DNA of 64,000 nt from Carcharhinus longimanus (taxonomy: Eukaryota): assembly GCA_030264375.1 (NCBI GenBank), contig JASCQW010000132.1:65460681-65524680 (forward strand), read 5' to 3'. Positions 12,199-24,655 of this stretch are shown piece after piece (the first letter of the stretch is position 1; each line of letters starts with the position of its first letter). Both the position numbers and the translations under genes were made by a program. The notes under the pieces are model-generated. The model worked only from the letters and a program-made list of their open reading frames with translations, was not told the origin of the DNA and searched no databases.

Positions 12199-13398
12199 TG
12201 GGAGCAATGCTCCTCAAAAAGTTCTAAGTGCTGAATTCACGGGAAAAATTATGTAAATAATGATTTTTTTCAGTGGGAGTTCAGACTTGAATCTGTGCAA
12301 TGCAGAGGTCACAATCGTGAATATCATTAAAAGCTTGGGCGAGGGGCTTGTTTACGCCAGAGTCTGACAGTTCCAGAACTCTGCACACGTATGATGGCCC
12401 CAAACTATCAGCCTCCCGATCGCTGACCAGTTCAATCACTGGCCAGCCTGGGACCTCTGCAGTGGTGCCCCTCCAGCCACAACTATGGCCCAATCATGGT
12501 CCCCAGGGCCAGCCATGAACCCCCTGTCCCAGAGCACCCTGATCTCCAACCCCTCCTCCATCCTGTCAGATGCCTGCCCACCCACTCCCTCCACCCCCAC
12601 ACGGTAAGCAGATCCTCCACACTCCAGCAGCCCACCCTCCGGGGGGGGGGGGGGGCGNNNNNNNNNNNNNNNNNNNNNNNNNNNNNNNNNNNNNNNNNNN
12701 NNNNNNNNNNNNNNNNNNNNNNNNNNNNNNNNNNNNNNNNNNNNNNNNNNNNNNNNNCCCAATTGCTAGCTTCCCTCCAGCCTTGTCTGATGCTCTCTGC
12801 AGGACTCGCCACCCCCATCAATTGCCCACTAGGCCCTGCCCCCAGCCGGCCCTGCCCCTTAGCCTCATCCCGACATTATCCCCTAAGCCCTGTCCCTACA
12901 CCCTGCCCCCTAGGCACTGCCTGATGCCAGTGGGCAGTGCCAAGGTGCCCCCTGGGCATGGGCATTTTGCTCCTTGGGCAGTGCCGGGGGCACGGATTGG
13001 CACTGCCAGGTTACCCATGCCCAGGGGCACAACTCCCCCATCACCTGACCCCCTGGGGGACCACGTTTGCCCCCCCTTCACTCCAGCAGGGTCTCCCACT
13101 AGTTCCCCCAAAGTGGGAGCTATTCTAAATCCGTCGGAGCGAAGTTGTACTGGTGGGGTGGGAGATGCTATCGGGCCCAGAGAATTCAATCCCAGGCCTA
13201 AAATCACATTTAAATCACATTAAAAATAGATTTAAATGACTTACCTGGTGTTCCCGTCAGTTTCCCACCAGATATCTGGTGGTGGGAGATGTGCAAGCAC
13301 AGGGAAAGCATGCATGAATCCTGCGAATCAGCGCACATGCGCATCTCCTGGTCCCACTCGCCAAAATATTAGCAGGTTGGAATGGGAGAATTGGCCCT
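12199..13398. mobile_element. GC-rich non-autonomous DNA transposon (Harbinger-like MITE), spans a gap
   Basis: The left ~250 bp is homologous to the left arm of 3940-4602. The right end is GGGAGAATTGGCCC. Confidence 0.65.
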
Positions 13399-13529
13399 GC
13401 TGTTTCCTCCAACATTGGATTTCTTACTGATGATTGCAAGATGAAAGTTTCAACAAAATGTATTTTTCAACGTTGATTATATAGTCTTGCAAGATCCTTT
13501 TCCTTAAATCAGTGGTATGTAGAGTTACA

Positions 13530-15850
13530 GGGGCTTCAATCTGATAGTCCCAAAAATGGGCACAAGGATCCCCATGCATAACTAACCCACATTCATCAAT
13601 GATAATGTTGCCTGCTCACTTCAATTACTTCAGCAGCAAACCAGTGCTAACTGCACTGGTTAAGTTCATCAGCAGCAGAACCAATCTTACGAGTGGCTGA
13701 AACCATTTAAATTTATCCTGCAACCTTTCATGGGAAGTGTCATCTTGGCTAGAACAGGTGCTGTCAGTCATGTGGGAAGTAACTCTGACTTGCAAAATAT
13801 TGAAAAATGACACAATATGAAAGAGAATGCAGGTTCAAAGGTCTCAGGATGCTGCGTAGGAGGCTTAGTGAAACAGTTGAAACGGATGAGAGATGGTTTT
13901 TATCTGCAGGGGACCAGAAGGCCCTCCAGACAAATGTTGAGATGGCAGTGGAAGAGATAGCCCTGAAGATCAATGCCAGGAGTCAAGCACAAGAATCTGG
14001 GTGCAGTACTGCTATAAGTTCTTTGACATCACCCGAGCGATCAAAGCATACATTTTCAAATGTCATGTCCATCTTTAACTGCACCATTAGCCTTCAACAC
14101 TGCTGAATTCACTACATCCTCATCGCACATACACTAACAATCATTATTAATCAGGAGTCATAATTGGCATTCATCTGTTCCATCACCATCACATACTGAG
14201 CATCTTTAGAAGCCTCACACCTATATCTCACAGCTTGCATGTACTTCCAACTATTTCAACATGACAGTCATATTATCTCAACAGATTACATAATTTCAGT
14301 GATACATTCCCCTCTGACTTGCAGACCAAGGTGGTACAAAACAGAGGCAGCAGAGGCTAACCAGAATAGGACATGCTTACCTTCATATTTGAACCCTTAT
14401 AAAGAAGACAGTGCTGGATATTTTTGGAACAGCCATTGGTAGGCTGTGACCTGTGGTGGGGCTCAAATCATGGAAGACCTAAATCACTTTCTCACATCTC
14501 ATTTTATCTTCAATCGATAGCTGCAGCTGATGTGGGTATGCAGATCCTACTTCCAGCTCCTTGGCTCAACAGAACCTTACCCCTGTGACTTCCTCCTTTC
14601 ACATACCCTAGAAGTGTAATCTGGCCAGGCAGTGAAGAAACAGCAAGCAGACAGTAATGATGAAAATGGAAACATTACTGAACTTCGCACTCTCAGCCAC
14701 CAAGTTAGACACTGACAACTGAATGTAATTTAGAGGAAAGTGGGAGAGGTGAGATATGCACATGATGAATCACCAGGTATGAGTGAGCTACAGCCTGGAC
14801 AGGGGACAAGGAGAGAACAGAAGACAGCCTCGCTTGAGGGTAAGGTTACATATGAGGACTCATGTCATCACTTCAATGGGACGACGAGCCTACAGTAAAA
14901 TACTGATAAGTAGACAAAATGAGATGCTTTGTGCAATTTAAAGCCTGCCTGAAAGCCCATGGTGAATGTCAAGGAGCACAGAAGAGTCTGGCATGAATTT
15001 GGCACAGGGTTTTGCGCAGGACTTTGAGACCCATCTTTCCAGTGTGGAGATGGTGGCTAGCTGCATTCACACATTTATCATTCCAACCAAGGAGCAACTT
15101 CCATTGCAGCACACACAGCAGCTACCCAATATCTGAGTGATGCAGTGGAAGCTCAAATTTCTGCCATCATGGCTGTGGATATCAGTGTTCAAAGGTACTT
15201 CCAAATTTCACAGCAGTCCAGCAAACAGGCCTCCACCAGATTATAAGGATTGTTGAGCCATCACTCCAGTGGAGTGGCAGGGTTCCATGGAGAATGAATC
15301 TGCTGCCCATTCTCAGGGTGGCAACATTCATCCCCCAACTTCTTCCACCTTGACAAAGAACAAAGAACAACCCAGCACGGGAAACAGGCCCTTCGGCCCA
15401 ACAAGCCCGCGCCGCCGCATCACCCTACNNNNNNNNNNNNNNNNNNNNNNNNNNNNNNNNNNNNNNNNNNNNNNNNNNNNNNNNNNNNNNNNNNNNNNNN
15501 NNNNNNNNNNNNNNNNNNNNNNNNNNNNTTAATTTCCCTACCACCGATGTCAAACTCACCGGCCTATAATTTCCGGGGTTATCCCTACTACCTTTTTTGA
15601 ACAGCAGTACCACATTTAACAGGGCTTTTGATGTTGCTTGTTAGCCAGCAAAGCATGTTGAGATGGTGCAGTCTGGAGCTGAGCCTTCTGGGGGTCAGAA
15701 ATGCTTGAAGTCATCCTGCAAAGCCACTTCACTCATCCCCATTGAAAATCAGCAGCCTTCCACCTGCTCTGCTGCTTACCGCATGGTTGCTCCAGGATTA
15801 TCAAGGCAACAAAAGCATTGCTTCAGAATGCCACTGATCTACTCTATCAC
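13530..15850 (+). pseudogene. Decayed PIF/Harbinger-type Myb/SANT-like DNA-binding gene region
   Basis: Frameshifted reading EEIALKINARSQA / RIWVQYCYKFFDITRAIK at ~13950-14046 resembles the Myb/SANT-like W..IA..VNA.S...RT..QC.KKF.DL motif. A possible next exon follows ttgcag at ~14324. Confidence 0.55.
15355..15615 (-). mobile_element. Young CR1 LINE (ends visible, middle in a gap)
   Basis: VLLFKKGSRDNPGNYRPVSLTSVVGKL, plus a CR1 3' tail at 15355-15425. Confidence 0.85.
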
Positions 15851-17169
15851 ATTCCTTGCGGTAGCATGGTTTACATACTACATGTGTGTGTGGGTTGCAC
15901 GTTGGAGTCACTAGCCATGCCATCAGTAGACTACCCTTGTCGCCCAGTAGCCACTCTTTGATCAGATGTAGTTGGCACAATGGACTGCTGTGAAATTAAG
16001 GCATCATGTCTACTGTCTAGATATGAGCACTGGCCTGCATGATTCGCCCCCTTGATGGATGCTGGAACAGTGAGTAAATTGAAGGAGGAGTTAAACAGAT
16101 TTTTAATTGGTAATAGGTTATGGGGAGAAGGTTTAAAGGTTATGATGAGAAGGCAGGAAAATGGGGATAAGGAACATTTCAGCCATGATCAAATGGCTGA
16201 GCAGACTCAATGGGCCAATTGACCTAATTCTGCTTCTATATCTTATAAACTTATGAATTCATTGTCTGCTTATGATCATACACCATTTGAGACAGTGGAA
16301 TCACCTCCATATAGGGCAGAATTGGCATGTGGCTGTGCAAAACAATGCGCATATAAGCAATAGTACCCTGTGCCAAGGGAATCCTATAATCTACTAACTT
16401 AGACTACTTGGCGAAAGAGAATAGAATGTAATTATCACTCCTTAAGTAGTTAGTAACAGTGATCTCTCTTTTTCAATAGAAGGCAAGAAACTATGAGATG
16501 TTGCAAATATGTCCAGCTCCAAAATGGAAAAAGCCAGACACATAAAGGTTCATCCCTATGGTTACTGGCATTAGCCACTGACAAAGCAGTCCTTGCATTT
16601 GAGGTTCCAGCATCTGACAGATTTTAGTGAGAATGCCCTTTCTAATAGACAAGGGAATTAAGGGTTATGGGGAGAAAGCGGGAAAGTGGAACTGATCCAC
16701 TTCAGGTCAGCCATGATCTTATTGAATGGTGGAGTAGGCTCGGAGGGCTAGATGGCCAACTCCTGCTCCTATTTCTTATGTTCTTATGTTCGTACTGAAA
16801 CAGACATCTGACTAACGAAGGTGCTGGTAGGAAAATTGTTCCGTGAACACCCTGGGCTGATACGGCCTCCAGCTGAGAGCCTTCTTCCTGCTCCATCTTC
16901 TGATTGATGCAGCTTCCTCTGTGGCCTTCATTCATTTTGCAAGTCAGGCTGTATTCCAAAGGGTGGTAGGCCGGGAAGTGAACCAGTGTGTTATGGATGG
17001 GACTGCTTTCTCCAAATGGAGATGGTAGGGGAAAGGAAGATGATCTGGTGAATGTGAAGGCTAGTGATAGAAAAGGTGAGGAAAAAAAAGGAAAATCTAA
17101 TATGCAGGTTCTAGGAGGGAAATAGTGAGGTCAGAAGTGAAGAAAGACAAACCCAATTGAAAGCCCGAT

Positions 17170-18010
17170 CTAGGGAGTGGAAGGAGAATCCATGGCTAAG
17201 AATAACAAATACATTTCAGAAGCTCTGCTGTGGATGGTGGCATTGTTAGAGCAGATGAAGTGGAGACTCAAACTGGGAGAAAGGAATGGAATCCTTGTAG
17301 AAATTAGTTGGAAATGAGCTTGACCTAGATAGTTATGTGAGTCAGTGGAACTCCCAGTTCTGGAGGTGGAGTGAGAGAATCCCAAGGAGGGAAAATTGGA
17401 CCAGACGGTTATAAATGGATGGAAGCTCTGTTAGATCAGGAAGCAGCATTGAAACAATTATCAATATAATGGAAAATGAGGAAAATTTGAGCAGATATAG
17501 AGCAAAGAAAGTGATGACTACTCCATAAACAAAAGTAGACATAGCTGGGGTTCCCACAGTGACAGAGAAAGATGCTGGAATTGAGAGATAGTTTGTTTCG
17601 AGGGAGAGCAAGTTCAGCCAAATGGAAGAAGATGGCTGGAAACTGATTCACTCACTGTTTAATAAAGAAACTGAGGGAGTGGAGAAGAATGGTGAAGAAT
17701 GAGTTATGATGTGGAAAGCTTGCGAGTTTACTATCAAATAAATCGGTTGGACTTAAACCTGGTGTTGTCAGACTTCTTACCGAAGAATGAGTTATCCAGT
17801 GACTGTCTGCTATAGTACTAAAGGAACTGATTTGGGCCAGAAACAGGAATCCTTTAAAATGGCAGAGTACATCACACCAGCAAAATGATAGATATTGATG
17901 GACAGGAACTGGATAAAGACAGAGTGTAAAGTCAAGATACGAGGAAATTAGTCAGACAAGGGCAGGCATTTGGTCCTGTCTGTGTACCTTGTGGAGGAGG
18001 TGGAAGTTAA
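17170..18010 (-). mobile_element. Old Penelope-like reverse transcriptase remnant
   Basis: Minus strand reads STDSHNYL...IPF...ICSNNAT, like the PLE RT thumb motif YRKPTD..YL...IP.SQ..R..RICS. Confidence 0.55.
17708..17781. mobile_element. 74 bp fold-back Penelope-terminus insertion with 14 bp TSD
   Basis: GAAGAATGAGTTAT at 17694-17707 and 17782-17795. The insert is homologous to the termini of 21147-22604. Confidence 0.8.
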
Positions 18011-21000
18011 TCGGAGTTGGGTATTTAAGTATGTAGCATGGATCTTTTTAATGAGATAGGGTAAATTTTCCTCTCCTATAAAGCAAACCACCTCAATCTC
18101 CATTCTGGTTTCTGAATTTTTTTTTAGGGTGAAACATTTTCTTGAAAATTGTGAGCAGTAGTTTGCTTCAGAGAAACCCTTATCTACATTTGTAACAATG
18201 CCTTAATATCAGACTGTTTTATGACTGCTCCTCATGTGCTGGAATGGTCATCGCCTTTTTGCATCAAATCCAGTTAAAAATGTGATTATTTGTGTCATAC
18301 ATCAATATAGACAAACTTAACTTTAACTTTAAATTACTAAATATAAATATAGGAAAACAAGTTCAGACCAGCATTCGCTAAAACGATACCAGTAACTTCA
18401 GTGATATAGGATTAGATTCCAGCCTCCAGTTAATTATGATTTCAAATCAGTTGACATCAGTAAGAAGTTTTGTCATTTGCTAATTGAGCTGTTAGGTGAG
18501 TAAGGCAGTGCCATGTCCATTTTGCAGTCTAATGCCTGCTGTCAGTCAATAGCATTGTAGTATTGATGTCAGCCATTATTCCTGCTGGCATAGGGGAAAG
18601 TTTGGTTGTGAACAGTGAGAAGTAAGAATGAAGGACAGAAAAATCAAGAAATATTGAGAGATGGCTGCAGTCTGTAAAAATATTTTAAATATTAGAGGTT
18701 GAATTTTTAAAATCAATTTCAGGTGTTCCATCCTAAAAGTTTTAAGAAAAAGACAACTTGTATACTGTGAGGACCAAGGTACTCCTATGGGGTAGGCTGG
18801 TGTCAGAAGAGGCAGGGAGTAGAAGGTTTACTGATGAACCTGGAAATGCAACCGACATTTAATTTTGTGAATGATTTGTTCTCTCCCTTTTTATATTTGT
18901 TTAATTCATATAAATGCATAAACTGGGCAAATAAATGTTGGAATGATGTTGGTTACAGAACATGTCTGTCAAAGAAGTCTTTATCATCTTCCATATGTGA
19001 ACAACAAGTCTTTATTAACTACTTGTAACTATATACATATATACAGTAAAAGGTACAGGAAAGGAGCTGTCTCCATTTCTAAGTCTTAGTACGTCTCTGC
19101 TCAACGCTAACTTGACTCTAGATTTGGGTCATGTGCCTTCTTACATCACTGCGTAGACAGTACTGTACTCAGTCTCACGTTAACCCCATACGTCGTAGAT
19201 GCTTATGCAATAGTAAGTGAAATAGTTGCTCTACTAAGCATGAGCAACCTTGCTAGTGGCATTCACATCCCATGAAATGATTTAAAAAACATACTATCCA
19301 GTCAATGCTGAGCTTGGGTTTAAATCTAACCCCAAAGTGACGTGATGAAAGTTTCCTGTCTACTGGCTGTAAGAGTTGGATGAATTTGATCAGCTTGGTT
19401 CCTACTGGATCTCAGTATGAAACTGACAATTTTAGTACTTCAGTATCATCAATCAGAAAGATCCTAGAACAAGAACTGGACAAATTTGCCCAGAGGCAGT
19501 GTAATATATCCTTCAGTGTTTACACATTAAAATTTTAAGAAATGATAATTCAGGTTCAAGGTTTGAAATAACCATCCACTCCAATAGTACAAATTTATTC
19601 GGCCAAATATTTTTGTCATAGTTTAAAACCACAAATTTCACAGAGGGAATTTCACAGTAACGCCATTGCAGTGTTAATGTAAGCCTTACTTGTGACTAAT
19701 AAATAAACTTTAAACTTTAACTTTAAAATTTATTAAGCCTGTTCTAAGTCAATATGATGAGCTGTTGTTAAGGACTATCACACAGACATCAAAGAAGGAT
19801 CTCCGAAATAATAACGTAAAGTAAGTTTAGTATTGCAAAGATGACGGATGGCATGGATTTATTTGGGTTAGAGGAACAGTAAATAGCTAGGATGAATTAC
19901 TGACATCTGCAATATATTGTTCAGAGCAGAACAGATGAAAAATAACACAAAAATAGCAAAGAATGTAAAAGTGATCCAACCTATAATGCCCACTTTATTT
20001 TAGCAAGGTTTTAGCTTACTCTCAAATGCTTTACTATAATAATGATCTATCAGCAGAGTTATCTACGTAAGCAGTGGATAGCCACTTAAGGTGAGTAAAA
20101 ACCTTTTAAGTCCCACTGTCAAAGGCCAAGTGGAATTTTCCAGTTGACCCACAAGCTGTAGTGAACGTTGCAGCTGCTTGGAAGCAGCCTCCTGAAGGCA
20201 GAAAGGAGCTCCAGGCTGTTTTAAAATCCCCCCACCCGCTTATTGGCCTGGCGTCAGCATCAGCCACCAGGTGCCCCAGGGTGAGGCAAAGACCATTTCT
20301 TTTTGTTTTAGATTTAAAAATGATGATGAGAGGTTGTCTCTATTTTGGGGAAGATTCCCTCACTCAACTATTGCTGTTTCAGTTCTGGAGGGCTTCCTAA
20401 TGGCCGTCCAGCTTTGAGAGTCAGCCCATCATCCTTAATTGGATAGTGAGCCTATCCTCTGGCCACTAATCGGCCAATTCAGGTGAGTGACTGTTCTCCA
20501 CATCATGCAGTCTTCTGACTGCCACTTGAGCCTGACGTCAGGGTCCTGAAGTCCACATGGGAAATCCCGTCCTGGGCTTGGGAAAGTATAAGTCAACCAG
20601 TCAAATATTCCATGTTGGACAGCACATAGGTATGCATATCAAATGATCATAGGCTGGAATTTTACAGTCCCTCCCGCTGGCAGGATTATGTGATCCCACC
20701 CCAGCCATGATGAGGCCATAAAATTCTGCCATGGGCTTGATGATGGTGGTGTCCTTTCAGTCAAACAGCCTGATTTCCTGTGGAAAATGTGAAAAATAAG
20801 CAATCAATCCATCAGTTTGCCATTGTGCAGGTTAAGATTACCCATTAAGACACAAACATGTTCTGAAACTCAATTTCCATGCTACATGATTAGACTTTGG
20901 TGATCCTATACACTGACACTTTCTAGTAGTTTTACTTTGGCTTCAAGAGGTTAAGAGTTTGTTACTGAGATTATATAGTTGGAGCTCTTGAGGGTAGAAG

Positions 21001-21146
21001 TGGCACTAATCAAAGTGAAAACAATCATTTTCAAAGCACCTAACTGCAGCTATTCTGTTGTTCACTTATCCAACGCCTAGTGGGCACAGGTTTGTTTTAT
21101 GTCAACATTTTAGGGAATTGCATTGATGCCAGTTACTGTGAAGAGA

Positions 21147-22604
21147 TGATGTGGAGATGCTGGCGTTGGACTGGGGTGAACGCAGTAAGAAGTTTCACAA
21201 CACCAGGTTAAAGTCCAACAGGTTTATTTGATAACAAAAGCCACTAGCTTTCGGAGCTCTGCTCCTTCATCAGGTAAATGGGAGTTCTGTTCACAAAGAG
21301 GGTATATAAAGACACAAACTCGATTTACAGAATAATGGTTGGAATGCGAGTCTTTATAGGTAATCAAGTCTTAAAGGTATAAACAATGTGAGTGGAGAGA
21401 GGGTTAAGCACAGGTTAAAGAAATGCATATTGTCTTCAAACAGGACAGTTAGTGAGATTTTGCAAGCCCAGGAAGTCATGGGGGTTACAGATAGTGTTAC
21501 ATGATCCCAAGATCCCAGTTGAGGCTGTCCTTGTGTGGGGTACTTGGCTATCAGTCTCTGCTCAGCGACTCTGCATTGTCATGTGTTGTGAAGGCTGCCT
21601 TGGAGAATGCTTACCCGAAGATCAGAGGCCAAATACACGTGACTGCTGAAGTGTTCCCCAACAGAAAGAGAAGACTCTTGCCAGGTGATTGCCGAGTGGT
21701 GTTCATTCATCTGTTGTTGTAGCGTCTGCATGGTCTCCCCAATGTACCATGCCTGAGGACATCCTTTTCTGCAGCGTATCAGGTAGACAATGTTGGCTGG
21801 CTTCCAAGAGTATGTACCGTGTACCTGGTGGATGGTGTTCTCTTGTGAGACGGTGGCATCTGTGTTGATGATCCGGCCCATCTTGCAAAGGTTGCTGTGG
21901 CAGGGTTATGTAGTGTCGTGGTCACTGTTCTCCTGAAGGCTGGGTAATTTGCTGCGGACAATGGTCTGTTTGAGGTTGTGCAGTTGTTTGAAAACAAGAA
22001 GTGAGAGTATGGAGATGGCCTTGGCTAGATGTTTGTCTTCGTTAACGACATGTTGAAGGCTCCGGAGAAGATGTCACAGCCTCTCCACTCCGGGGAGGTA
22101 CTGGACGACGAAGGGTACTCTGTCCACCGTGTCCTGTGTTCCTTTGGACTCATGGTGAACAATTATTTGAACAACTATATGATGACATCAACAAGTTCCA
22201 TCCCACCATCAGACTCACCATGGACTACTCTCTGGAATTGATTGCTTTCTTGGACACATGCATCTCCATCAAGGACGGTCACCTCAGCACTTCACTGTAC
22301 CGCAAGCCCATGGATCCTCATGATGCTCCACTTCTTCAGCTTCCACTCTAAATACGTTAGAGAAGCCATCCCCTACGGACAAGCCCTCTGTATACACAGG
22401 ATCTGCTTAGATAACAAGGATTGCAACAGACACCTCTAGAAGCTGAAGGATGCCCTCATAAGAACAAGATATGGCACTCGACTCATCGATCGACAGTTCC
22501 GACGCACCACAGCGAAAAACTGCACCGCTTCCTCGGAAGGTAAACACAGGACACGGTAGACAGAGTATTGTTTGACTTTAACCTGGTGTTGACAGACTTC
22601 TTAC
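21147..22604 (-). mobile_element. Penelope-like retroelement, 5'-truncated and internally inverted, with 12 bp TSD
   Basis: Minus-strand GIY-YIG endonuclease (NIVYLIRCRKGCPQAWYIGET). Plus-strand RT C-terminus (FLDTCISIKDGHLSTSLYRKP; AIPYGQALCIHRIC). ACTGTGAAGAGA at 21135-21146 and 22605-22616. Confidence 0.92.
21241..21277 (-). ncRNA. Minimal type I hammerhead ribozyme motif with intact core
   Basis: Minus strand reads ttac-CTGATGA-a-ggagc-aga-gctcc-GAAA-gc-TA-gtgg. Confidence 0.75.
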
Positions 22605-22829
22605 ACTGTGAAGAGAAGCAGCAACATCTGTATTCCTTTTATTCGATCTACTAGTGCTGACGACAGATTCAGTTCTACTCATGGTCTACATCAGAACATT
22701 CATAACCCTCACCCTAAATAAGTAAATCTGGGCTTGTGTTTGAATAACTAAGGGTGCCATAACACATGGTGAATCAGGAGGCGGAAAGGTCTATCAAATT
22801 GCCTGTTAGATGCTTCTTCACTATGACTG

Positions 22830-23560
22830 TAAGTGTTCAGTTTTTGAGTGAGCACACACATTTATCAGGTTCACACTGAAGCTCAATGATGGAAGTTGAA
22901 ATGATTTTATTTTTAGACTGAAGATGGCCATCTGTTCTGTAGTTTATCTCCAATCCCATCAATTGCTTGCTGGAAGTGAGGCACGGTATTGCAGTGAGGA
23001 CAATGGAGAAGAGAGCTGGTATAATGACACAACCTTGTTTGACTACAGTTTTTACAAAGATACAAACTGTGTTACTTCCTTTGCTGAGGGTCACAACTTG
23101 TAGTCATCACGGAGTAGACGGAGTTTGGTGACAAATTTCTGTAGTCAGCCAAATTTGGGGAGGATACCCAATAAGTCTTAGTGGTTGAGAAAGATCATGT
23201 ATTATAGTGGTGCTGTTCCTTGCATATTTCTTGAATTTGCTGCTCAGTGAAGATCATGTCCAGGGTGCCTCTCAATGGGCAAAAATCACATTGTGATCTG
23301 GAAGGAGCTCCTTAGCCATTGGGAGGAGACTGTTGAGGAAGAGCTTTGCAATGCTCTTCCCTAGGATAGGCAGCAGAAAGACTTCTCTGCAAATACTATA
23401 ATTGGACATGTCTCCATTCTTGAATACAGTCATAATCAGAACTTTCCTGAAATAGCCTTGCATGTGCTCTTCTCCCCAGATGACAGATACAAAATTGTGC
23501 AGCTGTGCCCAGAACATGTTGCCACCATGTTTCAGAATTCATCAAGAGGTTTTATTGCCT
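22830..23560 (-). mobile_element. RTE-clade LINE RT remnant
   Basis: VKTVVKQGCVIIPALFSIVL and IMTVFKNGDMSNYSICREVFLLPILGKSIAKLFLNSL. Confidence 0.75.
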
Positions 23561-24159
23561 TTTAACTCAGAAACTGGGCTCCTAGTCATTGTCAATTCTT
23601 TTTCGAAAAAGTAGATGATTTCTTCTGGATCTGATAAACATTATCCAAGTCCATGCCTGAGAGCACTCTGGTCTTTATGGCAATATTAAAGAACAATATG
23701 TGGGCTTTTTGAGCCCTATGTCTTTTTAATAATATTATAATTTACTTTTTGTGCTACATTGTGTTTTCCCTGTCTTTTTGCATCTGTGAATCAATTTAAC
23801 TGTAACTGAATGTGGTCAGTAATTTGACCTCAGCAAAGTGTTTTAGTGATGTGAGTATTTTCTGCCTTCTGCATTGGCTGAAGATTAAATATATGTCTAC
23901 TTAATTTACCTAGATACATTAGGCCAATACAGCAGAGAGTAAAAATGCACACTTCAATTTGCAGAAAAGATCTGGTTACAAAAATCATTGGTCATGCTGT
24001 TAAAGGAGGAAAAAGAAATCTGAATTTTATCATCCAATGGTTGATTTATTACAAAGAATTTGAGTTTTTTTGTGAAACAAATGGGGATTCAACTGAATAT
24101 ATGAAAGCTGCCTTTATCCAATCATATAATTTGTATCAAATCATGAGGTATATTAAATT

Positions 24160-24655
24160 ATATTGGTAAGACTATACCTGCAGTATTCCATTCGGTTGTG
24201 CTCTCCTTATTTAAGGGAGGATATACTTGCATTGGAAGGTGCATTGGGCTAATGCCTGGGATGAGGGACTTGATTTGAGGAAAGGCAAGCCCCAGGTTAG
24301 ACCTATATTTACTTGAGTTTAGAGTAATGAAAAGTATTCTTATTGAAAGATTTTGAGTGGGATTGACAGAATGCTGAATTCACATTGCTACTCATGGAGG
24401 AATCTGGAACTAGGGTGTGCGTTTCAATATAAGGCATCCCAAATTTAAGACAGAGGAGGAATTTCTTCTCTCAAATAGTTGTTAGTTTGTGGAATTGTCT
24501 TCCATAAAGAACAGTGGAGTCTGATACTGAATACATTCAAGGTTGAATTAAGCAGATGTTTTGACCTATAAGCGAGTTAAGTCTACAATATTATTGAAAG
24601 GTGTAGCAGGCTTGAGGGGCCAAGTAGCCAAATGCTCTTTTCTTTATGTTCTTAA
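24160..24655 (+). mobile_element. Old CR1 LINE 3' remnant
   Basis: Degenerate LVR..L.Y..QF region through a CR1-type tail. Confidence 0.65.

Noticed and set aside
12436-13223. Several Pro/Gly-rich ORFs
   Set aside because: GC-rich MITE interior spanning a gap, open in many frames because of its composition.
18947-19211. Possible solo LTR (TGTTG start, minus-strand AATAAA); similar at ~59326-59700
   Set aside because: No clear TSD, PBS or PPT, and no second copy in the window.
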